Part shown: positions 42,093 to 54,113 of the stretch, piece after piece
Layout of the letters: each line of letters opens with the position of its first letter
Position numbering within the stretch: position 1 is the stretch's first letter
Assembly: GCA_963707985.1 (NCBI GenBank)
Contig: CAVPRW010000008.1
Coordinates: forward strand, 136,211-200,210
From: an uncultured Nitrospinota bacterium
Lineage (GTDB): Bacteria > Tectomicrobia > Entotheonellia > J063 > CAVPRW01
DNA length: 64,000 nt
Reading direction: 5' to 3'
Notes under the pieces: generated by a model
What the model saw: only the letters and a program-made list of their open reading frames with translations
What the model was told of the DNA's origin: nothing
The model's database searches: none
Program-made: the position numbers and the translations under genes

Positions 42093-43286
42093 ATGTGGGA
42101 TACATGGCGGTGGATCCGGACTTTGATGTGGACGGGGCTGCGGGTGGCCGTTTGCGTCGGGGTCTGTCTGGTCCTCCAGCGCCCTAGTCTCGTTCATGCC
42201 GCTGCGCCAGGGATGGGCACCGGCGTCCAAACGCAACCCGTGTCGCAGATGGTCACGACCTTGACCCCGTTGATCGTTGATGATGCTGCTGCCCGTTTGC
42301 CCTTACTGACAACCCACGTCCTGAATCAGAGGCATGCCGATGTGACCCGGGCTATTATCGTGATCCATGGAGCCTTGCGGAATGCCGAAGGCTCCTTCAC
42401 CTCCATGCGGCAGGCGATGACATTGGCTGGGGAGGCCGGTCGCCAGGCGTTGATTTTGGCGCCACAATTTCTGAGCGAAGTGGATGAGGTCCGTTATTCC
42501 GTACCCCTCGATGTTCCCGTCTGGAGCGTCGACGGATGGAAAGAGGGGGACCTCTCCGAGATCCGTCGTGATGATTCGACGGACCGCCGGGTCAGTTCCT
42601 TCGCCATGTTGGATGCGTTGTTGCAGATGCTGAGCGATCGCCAGTATTGGCCAGCGCTGGACCTGGTGGTGCTAGCGGGTCATTCGGCCGGAGGTCAGTT
42701 CATACAGCGCTATGCCGTGGCTGGGCGCGCCCCAACGCTGCTCAGCCACCATGGCATCCACACCCGCTTTGTCGTCGCTAACCCGTCCTCCTACCTCTAT
42801 TTCGATGCGCGACGGCCGACAGAACATGGCTTTATCCCCTTTCCCCAGACGCGCTGTCGCGGCTTCGACCGCTATAAGTATGGCCTGGAAGCACCCAATG
42901 CCTACGTGGCGGCCCAGACCCCACAGGAGCTGATGTCGCACTATGCCCGGCAGCAGGTCATCTATCTGCTCGGCACCCTCGATGCCGACGCCGCGCACCC
43001 GTTTCTTGACCGCTCCTGTGCCGCTGAGGCCCAGGGGCCCAGCCGCCTGGCGCGGGGGCAGGCCTATTACCAATACCTGCCCGTGGTCCTGGGACACGAG
43101 GTGGTGCAGCGGCAGCATCGAGTGTTGATCGAGGGCGTGGGGCACGATGATCAGGGCATGTTCCAATCTCCCTGCGGTGTGGCCTGGCTCTTTGCCAACG
43201 GCCAGTGTCCGCAGCCGCCCGGCACAAGCCAGATACCATTGCCCAAGGCCAATGCCAGCATAGCCGTACCGGCCCCTGTGCGATAA
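42093..43286 (+). CDS. Secreted alpha/beta hydrolase
   Basis: Signal-like N-terminus, IHGALRN, GHSAGGQF, ANPSSYLY and GVGHD. Confidence 0.85.
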   Translation: MWDTWRWIRTLMWTGLRVAVCVGVCLVLQRPSLVHAAAPGMGTGVQTQPVSQMVTTLTPLIVDDAAARLPLLTTHVLNQRHADVTRAIIVIHGALRNAEGSFTSMRQAMTLAGEAGRQALILAPQFLSEVDEVRYSVPLDVPVWSVDGWKEGDLSEIRRDDSTDRRVSSFAMLDALLQMLSDRQYWPALDLVVLAGHSAGGQFIQRYAVAGRAPTLLSHHGIHTRFVVANPSSYLYFDARRPTEHGFIPFPQTRCRGFDRYKYGLEAPNAYVAAQTPQELMSHYARQQVIYLLGTLDADAAHPFLDRSCAAEAQGPSRLARGQAYYQYLPVVLGHEVVQRQHRVLIEGVGHDDQGMFQSPCGVAWLFANGQCPQPPGTSQIPLPKANASIAVPAPVR

Positions 43287-43360
43287 CCAGCTGCCTCGCG
43301 GGCGGGGCATGCTAGAGGAGTGTTCAGGAGGGGGAAGCCAACCACAAGGGAGGTGCAAGC

Positions 43361-43690
43361 GTGGCGGACGAACAGCTCAGCCTCATCCTGGTCACCGCGC
43401 CTTCACTTGAGGTCGCCAATCAGCTCGCCCACGGATTGGTGAGCGAGCGTCTCGCTGCGTGTGTCAATGTGCTACCTCACGTGATGTCGACGTATGTCTG
43501 GGCGGGGCAACTCGAGCATGCCGAGGAAGTCCTGATGATGATCAAAACTCGCCACTCGAGGTATGCTGCACTGGAGCAGTATATTCGTGCCCATCATCCG
43601 TATGACACGCCGGAGATTGTTGAAATTCCTGCCGGCCGAGTCACACAGCCCTATTGGGAATGGGTCCTGAAGGAAACCACCCGCGGCTGA
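43361..43690 (+). CDS. cutA: Divalent-cation tolerance protein CutA
   Basis: ERLAACVN, STYVW, IKT and HPYDTPEI. Confidence 0.93.
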   Translation: MADEQLSLILVTAPSLEVANQLAHGLVSERLAACVNVLPHVMSTYVWAGQLEHAEEVLMMIKTRHSRYAALEQYIRAHHPYDTPEIVEIPAGRVTQPYWEWVLKETTRG

Positions 43691-43745
43691 AATGCGGCGG
43701 CCGTGCGATGGGCTTCCTGCCGTACGGCCGCCCTCCACTTCAGCC

Positions 43746-45158
43746 TCAGAACATCGGCCGGCGTTGGTGCCAGGGGATCTCCTGCTCATGGGCATAGGCC
43801 AGTTGCAAGATCGTTGCCTCGGCGAAGGGTCGCCCGGTGAACTGCAGGCCAATCGGCAGACCTCCCTCGGTAAAGCCGCATGGCACCGAAACCGCCGGGA
43901 ACCCAGCCAGGTTCGCCGGGCGAGTCAACCGGCTCAAGGCCCAGGAGACGTCGACAGTCTCTTGACTCAGGTCTACCGTCGCATCGCCGATCCTCGGCGC
44001 CGGGATGGGTACGGTGGGCGTCACCAGCGCGTCGACACACCTGAGCGCTGCCGCCATCTCTTGGCGAATGAGGCTGCGCACGCGTTGTGCCTTCAGATAA
44101 TGCTTGCCCGGGATCAATTGCCCGCAGAGCAGACCGGCGCGCACATCCGGGCTGTAGTCAGAAGCGCGCGTTTTCAGGAATTGCTCATGAATCTCCGCTG
44201 ACTCTGTTAACACAATGATCCGTCCCGCCGCCGCCGCATACTGGCTGAGGGGCAGTGAGACCTCCTCCAGCTGTGCACCCGCGCCTTCGAGTCTCCGAAA
44301 GGCAGCCCTGACACTCTCTCTCACCTCGGGATCGAGCTGCTCGAAGTAAAATTCCTGGGGGATTCCCAGGCGGGCACCTTCGATATCCTTCGTCAAGGCC
44401 GCGCTATAATCCGGGACCACGGCGGTACGGGTTGTTGGGTCATGACGATCGTGTCCGGCGATCACCTGCAGCATCAGCGCCACATCCGTCACCGTACGCG
44501 CCATCGGACCGACGTGATCGAGCGACCAGCTCAAGGGGAAGACACCATTGCGGCTCACCCGCCCATAGGTCGGTTTCAGCCCAACGATGCCACAGAGCGC
44601 CGCTGGAATCCGGATCGAACCTCCGGTATCCGAGCCCAGAGAGCCAAAACAAAGCCCCGCCGCCAACGCAGCCGCGGAGCCGCCACTGGATCCTCCCGGC
44701 ACCCGCAGCGGGTCCCAGGGATTATTGCAGGCGCCGATCAGGGAGCTCGCATTGGTGGCGCCACGCGCAAATTCGTGCATATTGAGCTTGCCAATCAGAA
44801 TGGCTCCCGCATCGTGCAGCTTGGAGATCACCGTCGCATCGTACGTAGGCTTGAAGTCGGAGAGGACCTTCGAGCCCGCGGTGGTCCGGACACCCTTGGT
44901 ATAAAACAAGTCCTTGACGGCAATGGGAACGCCATGTAGGGGGCCGCGGTAACGACCCGCAAGGATCTCCTGCTCAGCGGCGCGGGCCTGTGTCAAGGCT
45001 TCGTCCCGTAGCAGCGTGATGAAGCTGTTGAGCTGACGATCGAATTTCTCCACCCGATCGACCACGGCTTCGGTCGCTTCCACTGGTGACACCTCTTGCC
45101 GCTGGATCAATGTAGCCAAGCCTCTCAGACTGGTGTAGCACAGTTCGCTGGCTTCCAT
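43746..45158 (-). CDS. Amidase signature family enzyme (GatA-like)
   Basis: GPLHGVPIAVKD, GGSSGGS and GSDTGGSIRIPA. Confidence 0.93.
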   Translation of the reverse strand: MEASELCYTSLRGLATLIQRQEVSPVEATEAVVDRVEKFDRQLNSFITLLRDEALTQARAAEQEILAGRYRGPLHGVPIAVKDLFYTKGVRTTAGSKVLSDFKPTYDATVISKLHDAGAILIGKLNMHEFARGATNASSLIGACNNPWDPLRVPGGSSGGSAAALAAGLCFGSLGSDTGGSIRIPAALCGIVGLKPTYGRVSRNGVFPLSWSLDHVGPMARTVTDVALMLQVIAGHDRHDPTTRTAVVPDYSAALTKDIEGARLGIPQEFYFEQLDPEVRESVRAAFRRLEGAGAQLEEVSLPLSQYAAAAGRIIVLTESAEIHEQFLKTRASDYSPDVRAGLLCGQLIPGKHYLKAQRVRSLIRQEMAAALRCVDALVTPTVPIPAPRIGDATVDLSQETVDVSWALSRLTRPANLAGFPAVSVPCGFTEGGLPIGLQFTGRPFAEATILQLAYAHEQEIPWHQRRPMF

Positions 45159-45161
45159 GGC

Positions 45162-45356
45162 TTACTCCCCCTGCACGTCAAACAAGGTTTCGGGTTCGAC
45201 CTCGCCAAGGTCGACAGATGCCAGAATGTGGAGGTCGTGATAGAGCGTTTCTAGGTACGGAGCCAACTCCTCGAGCTCTGACGGGGACAATGCAAGGCCC
45301 CCTAGCTTTTCGACCATTTCGGTAATGGTTTGTAGCGACAAGGTGGTAATTGCCAT
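45162..45356 (-). CDS. Small GatC/AtzG-like amidase partner
   Basis: 64 aa, GLALSPSELEEL...VDLGEVEP, 3 nt upstream of the amidase, with a GGAGG RBS. Confidence 0.6.
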   Translation of the reverse strand: MAITTLSLQTITEMVEKLGGLALSPSELEELAPYLETLYHDLHILASVDLGEVEPETLFDVQGE

Positions 45357-45733
45357 CTTTCCTCCTTCTGTGTCAGAGCGGTCCATACGTGGCGACTGGC
45401 GGTCGGTGCCAGGCCAGGACGATGATTCGTGGGAAAAACCGAGCTCCTACTGCGAAGATGTACGATACCCTATCTATTACATATATAATTATCAAGTCAA
45501 GTATTTTTTTATCAATTTTATCATGTACGTCATCAGATTGTGTGGGTATCGAGCATGCTGGTCGGGCGGCTGCAAGCGGTCTCAGACCCTTCTCACCTCC
45601 AGGGCAGGCCTGAGAAACGCTTGGCGTGGTTTCCGTTGGGAGACCCGGGAGCTTTGCTTGGTGTATGATGTGCCGAGCATGTCCAACAAATCTAGGGGTA
45701 GCACCGGCAGCCTTTGGGGGCGAGGAGAGAACC

Positions 45734-46228
45734 ATGCATGAGCCGAGCTGGCAAGCCTTAGCCCAACGAGTCGATCGTCTGGAGCGTGCGAGCCGATGGT
45801 GGAAGCGCCTCACGAGCGTGACGCTGGTAGGGGTGACGATTATGGTGCTCCTGGGCGCGACGGCGGGTAAGACGGCCAAAAGCCCCACCGAGCTGCGCGG
45901 GCAACGCATTGTGCTGGTGGATAAGGCGGAGCAGGGGCGGGCTGAATTGACGCTGCTGTCTGATAACCAGCCGGGTCTCATGCTCACGGATGACTCCGGA
46001 AAGCCTCGTTTGATGCTGGCGCTTTCGAAGTATGGTGAACCCATGCTGAGCTTTGCCGACGCTGGCGGCACGCGTCGCATCATCTTGAGCCTCGACCTCT
46101 ACGGGACGTTGCTGCGCTTCACGGATGACGCCGGCAACCCACGCGCCGCCCTCGTGGTGCCAGCCGAAGGGGAGCCAGAGCTCGAGCTATTGGGCAAAGA
46201 CGACAAACTGCTCTGGCGGGCTCCGTAG
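45734..46228 (+). CDS. Single-TM hypothetical protein with short beta repeats
   Basis: RVDRLER, a TM segment, then repeated L...D..G.PR units. Confidence 0.7.
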   Translation: MHEPSWQALAQRVDRLERASRWWKRLTSVTLVGVTIMVLLGATAGKTAKSPTELRGQRIVLVDKAEQGRAELTLLSDNQPGLMLTDDSGKPRLMLALSKYGEPMLSFADAGGTRRIILSLDLYGTLLRFTDDAGNPRAALVVPAEGEPELELLGKDDKLLWRAP

Positions 46229-46339
46229 CGCGGCCGATGACGCCGGGAACGAGCGACGAGAGCAGGGTGCTATGCTGACGCTCGTGCCTCATCGCACTTG
46301 CAGAGGAGGGGGAGCCTCAGTCGGAATACGTAATTCTCC

Positions 46340-46830
46340 ATATTGACAATTCCTTTCCCGGCGCCTATTGGCAGTACAGGAGCGGGAACGTCGCGACATC
46401 GCTCGCGAACTCCACGACGAAATCGGGCAGCTCTTGACCGGCTTGAGCCTCACGCTTGCGACGATCAAACAAGCTCCAGTGCTGGCGCCTGGGGGAGCTC
46501 TCGATAGAGCGAGCGCCTTGGTGGATGATCTCATCGCGCGCGTACGGCATCTGTCGACCGATCTCCGCCCACCGATGCTGGACGATCTCGGTCTGCTCCC
46601 CACATTGCTATAGCATGTCGGACGCTATACCGCACAGACCAGCGTGCAGGTGCAAGTCAAGCATCACGGGGTATCTCGCCGTAAGCTTCCAGCAGCGGTC
46701 GAAATAGCAGCCTTCCGGATTGTGCAAGAAGCCCTGACCAATATTGCGCGGCATGCCGGGGTCCAACAGGCGGTTGTGCATCTTATCGCAAATCCTACCA
46801 CTCTTACCGTCCAGATCGAAGATAGTGGTC
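46340..46830 (+). pseudogene. NarX/DegS-type (HisKA_3) sensor kinase C-terminal fragment
   Basis: ERRDIARELHDEIGQ, LRPPMLDDLGL, an in-frame TAG at 46611, then FRIVQEALTNIARHA. Confidence 0.8.
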
Positions 46831-46908
46831 AGCCAGCGCCTTTCCCGACCAATCTTGCGGCTTCAGGAAGGTGTGTGACAGGTTGGCAGCGGCGATCTCG
46901 CCCACCAG

Positions 46909-49100
46909 GTGCCGGTCGCCACGCATGATGAGATTGGTGAGTTAGCGTCACAATTCCATCAGATGGCTGCGCGGCTGCGTGATTCCTATGGCGAGCTAGA
47001 GCACAAGATAGCCGAAAAGACCCGCGATCTATCCGCACTGTACGCCCTGACCGGCCCACTGAGTCCGCGTCCGGCTGGGAGCAGGTCCTGGATGACACGC
47101 TCGACAAGATTATGCAGGTCACAGGCGCCGACGCTGCCGCCATTCGCCTCCTCGATGAGTGTCATGAGCGTCTGGGTTTCTCCGCCTACCGGGGGTTCAC
47201 GGAGGATTCCATGCGTGAGCTTCCCATGGGTTGGTGTGAGCCTGATCTGAACGACATGCTTGCGAGTATGAAAGAACCGCTCATTTTTGAGGATGTTCTG
47301 GATGATTCCCAGCTGGCCCTCAGTCGGCTGGGGGGAGAGGGATTTCGCTCAGTGGTGTACGTGTCATTGAAAACTCCCCACCACGTGCTGGGCCTCGTGA
47401 GCCTGGCCAGCCGCGAACCGGGACGGCTCAACGTGAGAGGACACGAACTTTTCCTGGCCATGGCGCATCAGATCGCCACGGTTATTGAGAATGCGCGGCT
47501 CTATGCTGCCGAGGCGGCAGCTCGCGCCGTAACTGAAGTTGCCACGCGAGCGAAGAGCGAGTTTCTGGCCAACATGAGCCATGAGATTCGCACCCCGATG
47601 TATGGCATTCTCGGCATGACAGAACTGGCGCTCGACACCGACCTGAGGCCTGAACAGCGGGAATATTTGTCGCGGGTGAAGACCTCGGCCGACGCGCTGC
47701 TGCAGGTCATCAACGATATTCTGGACTTCTCCAAGATCGAAGCCCGCAAACTCGAGCTCAACCCTCTCCCGTTTAGGCTTCGTGACACGCTTGACGCCAC
47801 CATGAAAACGCTGGCATTGCAGGCGCACCGCAAGGGTCTTGAGCTCCTGTATGCGGTGCATGACGCCGTCCCGGACGGGTTGCTTGGCGACAGCTACCGC
47901 CTGCGCCAGATCCTGGTCAATCTCGTGGGGAACGCCATCAAATTCACCGCGCACGGTGAGATTGTGGTCAACGTCTCCAATCAGCCGCAGGTGCCGCTGC
48001 GTGCGCCTGAAGATGCGGCGCAGAGGCCCCTGCACTTTTCGGTCCAGGATACCGGCATCGGCATCCCTCCGGATCGACAGCAAGCCATCCTCGAACCTTT
48101 TGTCCAGGCTGATGGATCTACCACGCGTCAATATGGCGGCACCGGGCTAGGGCTGACCATCTCCAAGCAGTTGATCGAGCTCATGAGGGGACAGCTCTGG
48201 ATCGAGAGTCAGGCTGGGTGCGGGAGCACCTTCCATTTCACGGTGAGTTGTGAAGTGCAGCCGAATGCGACGACCGAGGTGTTGGCTCCCCCGGTCGACG
48301 TGCGTGGCCTGCCTGTCCTGGTGGTTGATGACAACGCTATCAACCGGCATCTTCTCCACGCGATGCTCGAACATTGGCAGATGAAACCCACAGCAGTTGC
48401 CGGGGGGCAGATGGCCTTCCAGGTTCTAGCCCAGGCCAGAGATGCCGGATCGTCTTTCCCTCTCGTGCTGTTGGATGCGCAGATGCCTGGGATGGATGGC
48501 TTTGCGGTGGCGGCACGGATGCGGAAAGACCCGATATTAGCCAACGCAATGATTCTGATGCTCTCATCGGCGGATTTCTTGGGTGATTCCGCCCGTTGTC
48601 GAGCCTTGGGGATTCACGTCTATTTGACGAAGCCGGTTCGACAGGCGGAGCTGCGAGAGGCCATCGTTACGGCCCTGAGCTCCACGGCGCCAGCCCACGC
48701 CCCTCCTGCGATAGCGCCAGCGGCGACGGCGCCAACATTATCCCAGCATTACCACATTCTGCTGGCGGAGGATAACCCCGTCAACCAGACGTTGGGACTT
48801 CGTATCTTGGAGAAACAGGGACATACGGTCGTGGTCGTCGCCAATGGCCAAGAAGCGCTCACGGCTCTAACACGGGAGTCCTTCGATCTGGTGTTGATGG
48901 ATGTGCAGATGCCCATCATGGACGGCTTCGAGACCACTGCCACCATCCGAGCCCAGGAGGAACGCAGTGGGGCACATCTTCCCATCATCGCCATGACCGC
49001 CCATGCCATGCAGGGAGATCGGGAGCAGTGTCTGCATGCAGGGATGGACGATTACCTGCCCAAGCCAATGAAGGCTGCGGATCTCTCTAGTTATCATTGA
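46909..49100 (+). pseudogene. Hybrid histidine kinase (HAMP-GAF-HisKA-HATPase-REC-REC), 5'- and 3'-truncated, frameshift near 47075
   Basis: DEIGELA (HAMP), [33 protein letters not shown] and two receiver domains. Ends abruptly after KPM. Confidence 0.8.
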
Positions 49101-49316
49101 GCGGGTACTCGAGAACACTCGGCTCGCCAATGGCGCTTCTCCCGAACAGGACAGCCCATCTGGTCCATATTCGCCCGCTCTCGTGGCGGGACTTTGAAGG
49201 GACGGCGGATTCTGATGGGGGAAACTGTCACGACTGTATCGCCCCCACCCAGCCATCCCCCTCGATGGGGGAGCCTGCGGGAGAGGGAACATGGTGGTAC
49301 GCGATTCTGAGCCGTC

Positions 49317-51777
49317 TCAGACGACAGGGGCAATTCCCCAAATATCCCGCGCATACTCAGTAATGGTGCGATCACTCGAGAATTTTCCCACCCGTGCCAT
49401 ATTCAAGATGCTTTTGCGCCACCAAAGGGGCAGCTCTGTATACTCCTGAGCCAACCGGCCATGGACCGCCACATAAGACTCGAAATCCGCCAGTAAGTAG
49501 TAGGGGTCACCCCCGTGCAGAATCGCCTGGTAAATCCACTGGAAGAGGCCAGGTTCATCGCGACAGAAACGATCGGAGGTAAACGTATCCATCAGTCGCC
49601 TGACCTCAGAGCGCTGGCGATACAGGTCCTGCGGGTGATACGTCCCGTCGCGGCGGTGAGCGGCAATCTCTTCGGCGGTGAGCCCGAAGATGAAGATATT
49701 CGCTTCACCCACCTCCTGGCGGATTTCGATATTGGCCCCATCGAGCGTGCCGATCGTCAGTGCGCCGTTGAGGGCGAATTTCATATTGCTGGTTCCGGAA
49801 GCCTCGGTGCCGGCAGTGGAGATTTGTTCGCTGACAGTCGGCTGCAGGGATGATCTTTTCCGCCAACGACACGCGGTAATCCGGAATGAAGACCATCTTG
49901 ATCTGCCCATGGACACGTGGGTCGTTATTGATCACATACCCAACGTTATTAATCAATTTGATGATCTGTTTAGCTGACCAATAGCCTGGAGCCGCTTTGC
50001 CGGCAAAGACATAGGTGCGCGGCACGACCGGTTCAATACCGTCTTCGATGAGGCAGAGATAGTCGTGAATGATGTGCATGACGTTGAGTAGTTGGCGTTT
50101 GTATTCGTGGATGCGCTTCACCTGGATATCGAAGAGTGAATCCGGATCAACGACGACCTGTGTGGTATCTTTGATCACACGCGCCAGTTCCTCCTTATTG
50201 GCGCGCTTGATGCGCCTGCACTCCTGCTGGAAATTCGGGTCACCGGCATATGGTTCCAGCGCCCGCAAGGCCTCAAGGTCGGTGATCCAGTCCGCACCGA
50301 TGGCCCCGGTGATGTGCCTGGCCAAGAGAGGGTTAGCTTTCAGCAGCCAGCGACGCGGGGTCACGCCATTGGTCTTGTTGTTGAACCGCTCCGGCCAGAG
50401 CTGGTAGAAATCCGGCACGAGCGTCTGTGTCACCAAGCCGGTGTGGAGGGCGGATACCCCATTCACCGAATGGCTACCGACGATGGCCAGATGGGCCATG
50501 CGCACCTGTTGTCGATCTCCCTCTTCGATGAGGGACATGCGCTGCAGGCGCTCGACATCTCCTGGCCATGTATAGGTGACCTGTTCCAGGAAACGCCGGT
50601 TGATCTCATAGATCATTTGCAGATGCCGCGGTAAGACCCGCTCAAATAACGCCACCGGCCACTTCTCCAAGGCCTCGGGCATGAGGGTGTGATTGGTATA
50701 TCCCAGCGTTGCCTGCGTCACCTCCCAGGCAGTTTCCCATGGCAGGGTATATTCATCGATGAGCATGCGCATCAATTCGGCCACCGTCAATGCCGGATGG
50801 GTGTCATTCAACTGAATGGCCACTTTCGACGGGAAATCATCGAAAGTCGTATGGGTGTTCAGATAGCGTCTGATGATATCCCGCACCGCACAGGACACCA
50901 GGAAATACTCCTGAATCAACCGGAGTTCCCGGCCCACTTCAACGGAATCAGACGGATAGAGCACCTTAGAGATGGTCTCCAAGGCGATTTTCTGTTCCAC
51001 CGCCCGCACGTAATCACCCTCGTTGAAGATCTGCATGTCGAACTCCTGCGACGAGCGTGCGGTAAACAAGCGCAAAAAATTCACGGTGTGGCCACCATAA
51101 CCGACGATGGGCATATCCGAGGGGACGCCGATAATGAGGGTCCAACCCATCCACATCGGATTGTATTGACCATGGCGATCCGAGGCATGTTCAAGCCAGC
51201 CGTACACCGGTACCACACAGGCCTCATGCAGACGTTCGATCTCCCACGGGGTACCAAACGCTTGCCAATTATCGGGCTTTTCTCGCTGGTGACCCTCACT
51301 GATTTCCTGCGTGAATAACCCATACTCATAATTGATCCCATAACCGTATCCGGGCATTCCAAGCGTCGCCAACGAGTCCAGGAAGCATGCCGCGAGGCGG
51401 CCAAGACCACCATTGCCAAGGGCCGCATCCGGCTCACTCTCCATCAACTCGTCCAGGTCGACCCCCAGAATGTGCAGGGCCTGCCGGCATTCGTCCAGGA
51501 GTTGCAGGTTATAGAGGTTATTGCTGAGCGACTGCCCCATGAGAAATTCCATCGAGAGATAATACAGGCGCTTCGCATCGACCATCTGATAGCGCTCCTC
51601 TGTGGCGAGCATGCGATCGATGATGCGCTCCCGAAGGGCTAACACGACAGCCGTGAATAAATCTCCTTGGTGCAGGTTGTCCCATTCTCTACCCAGTGAA
51701 TACCGGGCATGATAGACAATTGATTCGCTCAGCGGCATACTTGTTCTATCCAACAGTCCAATGTTCACCTCATGCAT
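49317..51777 (-). CDS. glgP: Glycogen/starch phosphorylase (frameshift near 49835)
   Basis: GNGGLGRLAACF, QLNDTHP, KRIHEYKRQ and the PLP-site EASGTSNMK in the second frame. Confidence 0.92.
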
Positions 51778-51845
51778 GTTCTTATCCCTCTCAAACTGTG
51801 GCACTGCGTGATACTCTCTCTCACACTCGTCGTCTCGAGCACGAT

Positions 51846-53420
51846 TCATCCTGGTTGATGCTCTGGACGTAACAGGTCGAGAACCGTCTTGACTGGATTG
51901 AAGATCGCTAATGGCACCTCGACAAACACCGTATTCCAGTACGCCATGCCACCATTCCATAGTCCCGGCCACTCGAGGGTTTTAAGGTCTCGACCCTGAT
52001 AGGACTTGATGGCGATAAATCCGGCCTCTGGATCCACAAAACGCTGCAGATCGAATAGCTTTCCACGGTAATCCCGCACGCCACAGACCAACTCTACCGG
52101 ATTGAAATGAGTTGCCGAGGCCATGATGGCCCGTTGGCTCGCCGAAGTCCTATCCACCTGTGAGGTCTCGACGATCTGAAGGGAATGCGTTCCATCCGGC
52201 TGCTCTACCCAAAATGGGCCACCACCTGGCTCGCCGATGTTCTTGACCATACCGCAGACGCGCAGGGGACGATTCAATAGGCCCTGGAGATAGCGGGCTT
52301 GGGCGGGTAGGGGGGCATGTAGGATGGCCGACGGAGGAATGAGACACAGCTGCTGACGAGCAAAGGCAAAGACATCGGCTATCAGCTGCTTATTGCCCTC
52401 GCCTTGAGCTAATGTGTGGAGATAGTCGAATATTTGCTCCTGTAGCACAACCAGATATCCGCCGAGTGTTTTTCTCCATCGCGTGGTCTCAGGCTTCAGG
52501 TAATCGGGCACAATATTGTCGATGTTCTTGATGAAAATAATATCGCCTTGGGTAGATGCCAAATTTTTCAACAGGGAGCCATGTCCACCTGGTCTGAATA
52601 GCAGCTGCCCATTTTCGGTGCGAAAAGGTCGATTATCCAGTTCAACGGCGATAGTATCGGTCGAGCGGTCTTGGACCGAGAGAGACACATGAAAGTGCGA
52701 TGGGTCCTCAAAATGCTCCCGGATAAAGTCATCTATGTGAGTCCTTATCACGTCCACATGCTGGTTCGGTACGGTAAAATCGATGTCTACAGCGTTCTTT
52801 CGACTTCTAATATATAGCGATGATTCCATTAGATGCTCAGCAAACGGGGTTCTCTGATGATCTTCGTACGTATGGAACTTCAACAGCCCCTTTGGCAGGT
52901 TCGCGTAGTGCAACCCTTGAGAGGTCAACAGGCATTCGAGGATGAGTTGATATTGGTGGTGATCGAGGAGAAATTGGAGATTAATACCATTTTGGGATAA
53001 TACATCTTGCAGATCATCATGGAAGGCAAAGTGTTTCAGGCCACCGATGAATTGCCGAAAGTCGCGGCCATCCTGATCATCATCGGCGAGCGTGGTTTGG
53101 CCTAGAGCCTGGTCAATCCGTTCAGGGTGGTTCAGAAACGACAGTAGAGGATTGAACATCCGGCTGGTCGCCCCTGCGGCTGGGACGAAACTCATCACCC
53201 GCTCCGCAGCGGCTGCCCGTGCGTAGGACTCTGTGAGTCGTACAACATTGTCTGCTTCGACCGGCTGGATGCCGTCGTGGAGGGTACATGGACGGTGCAC
53301 CAGGGTGTCTGGGAACCCTTGCCGTAAGCTCTCTATCTGGGCTAACACTGCCTCGACGCTGATGCCCCTGGCAGCGATGTGCGAAAGGTCTTCATGGCTG
53401 AAAAGATGCGAAGAATGCAT
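51846..53420 (-). CDS. DUF4301 family protein
   Basis: FVPAAGATSRMF, PKGLLKFH, FRPGGHG, FIKNIDN, GEPGGGPFW, THFNPV and PGLWNG. Confidence 0.88.
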   Translation of the reverse strand: MHSSHLFSHEDLSHIAARGISVEAVLAQIESLRQGFPDTLVHRPCTLHDGIQPVEADNVVRLTESYARAAAAERVMSFVPAAGATSRMFNPLLSFLNHPERIDQALGQTTLADDDQDGRDFRQFIGGLKHFAFHDDLQDVLSQNGINLQFLLDHHQYQLILECLLTSQGLHYANLPKGLLKFHTYEDHQRTPFAEHLMESSLYIRSRKNAVDIDFTVPNQHVDVIRTHIDDFIREHFEDPSHFHVSLSVQDRSTDTIAVELDNRPFRTENGQLLFRPGGHGSLLKNLASTQGDIIFIKNIDNIVPDYLKPETTRWRKTLGGYLVVLQEQIFDYLHTLAQGEGNKQLIADVFAFARQQLCLIPPSAILHAPLPAQARYLQGLLNRPLRVCGMVKNIGEPGGGPFWVEQPDGTHSLQIVETSQVDRTSASQRAIMASATHFNPVELVCGVRDYRGKLFDLQRFVDPEAGFIAIKSYQGRDLKTLEWPGLWNGGMAYWNTVFVEVPLAIFNPVKTVLDLLRPEHQPG

Positions 53421-53731
53421 GTTTGGCTCTCCTAGCGAGGGTCATACACGTTTCAATCATATCGTGATGGAATTCGATTATGGCCGAGTTAACTCTTGAT
53501 ACTTCAAGACAATGTAGATCTGGTATCGACGACTTATGAAAGTTATTCTAGTGTGATATATGATATATTGTCTAGTGGTTTTATCGTCATCCATAGCGTC
53601 TCTTGCAGATTCCTGTGTACTGTCAATTTTCAGTAGTGTAGGCGGTGCGCACAAACGGAGAGTTTTGCTGGAGAAGTGTAACATCTTAGGACAGTATTCA
53701 TCCGACAACGAGTGTAAAGGAGAATACTCTG

Positions 53732-54067
53732 ATGGCACCCACTATCGGCCAGATCGGTGATGTCACGGTTATCACTGTGCCCGGACCACGGCTGGATGCC
53801 AGCCAATCCCCGGCGTTCAAGCGCGACATCGCCCCAGTGCTGACGGCCAACCCCAAGGTGATCCTCGATCTAAGCGAGCTGCAATTTGTCGATAGTACCG
53901 GTTTAGGCACCATTGTTTCCTGCTTGAAGATGTTGAATGCCTCGGGAGGTGACCTGAAGCTCTGCGGCATGTCGAAATCGATCCGGGCACTCTTTGAGCT
54001 CGTGCGGATGCATCGGGTCTTCGACATTTACAACTCAAAAGAGGAAGCGGCCGGTGCCTTTCGCTGA
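53732..54067 (+). CDS. STAS-domain anti-sigma factor antagonist
   Basis: RLDA, DLSELQFVDSTGLG and LFELVRM. Confidence 0.92.
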   Translation: MAPTIGQIGDVTVITVPGPRLDASQSPAFKRDIAPVLTANPKVILDLSELQFVDSTGLGTIVSCLKMLNASGGDLKLCGMSKSIRALFELVRMHRVFDIYNSKEEAAGAFR

Positions 54068-54113
54068 CCATCGTAGCCCTTGCCACCCTGCACGGCCTAG
54101 AGCCCGTAGCGCT

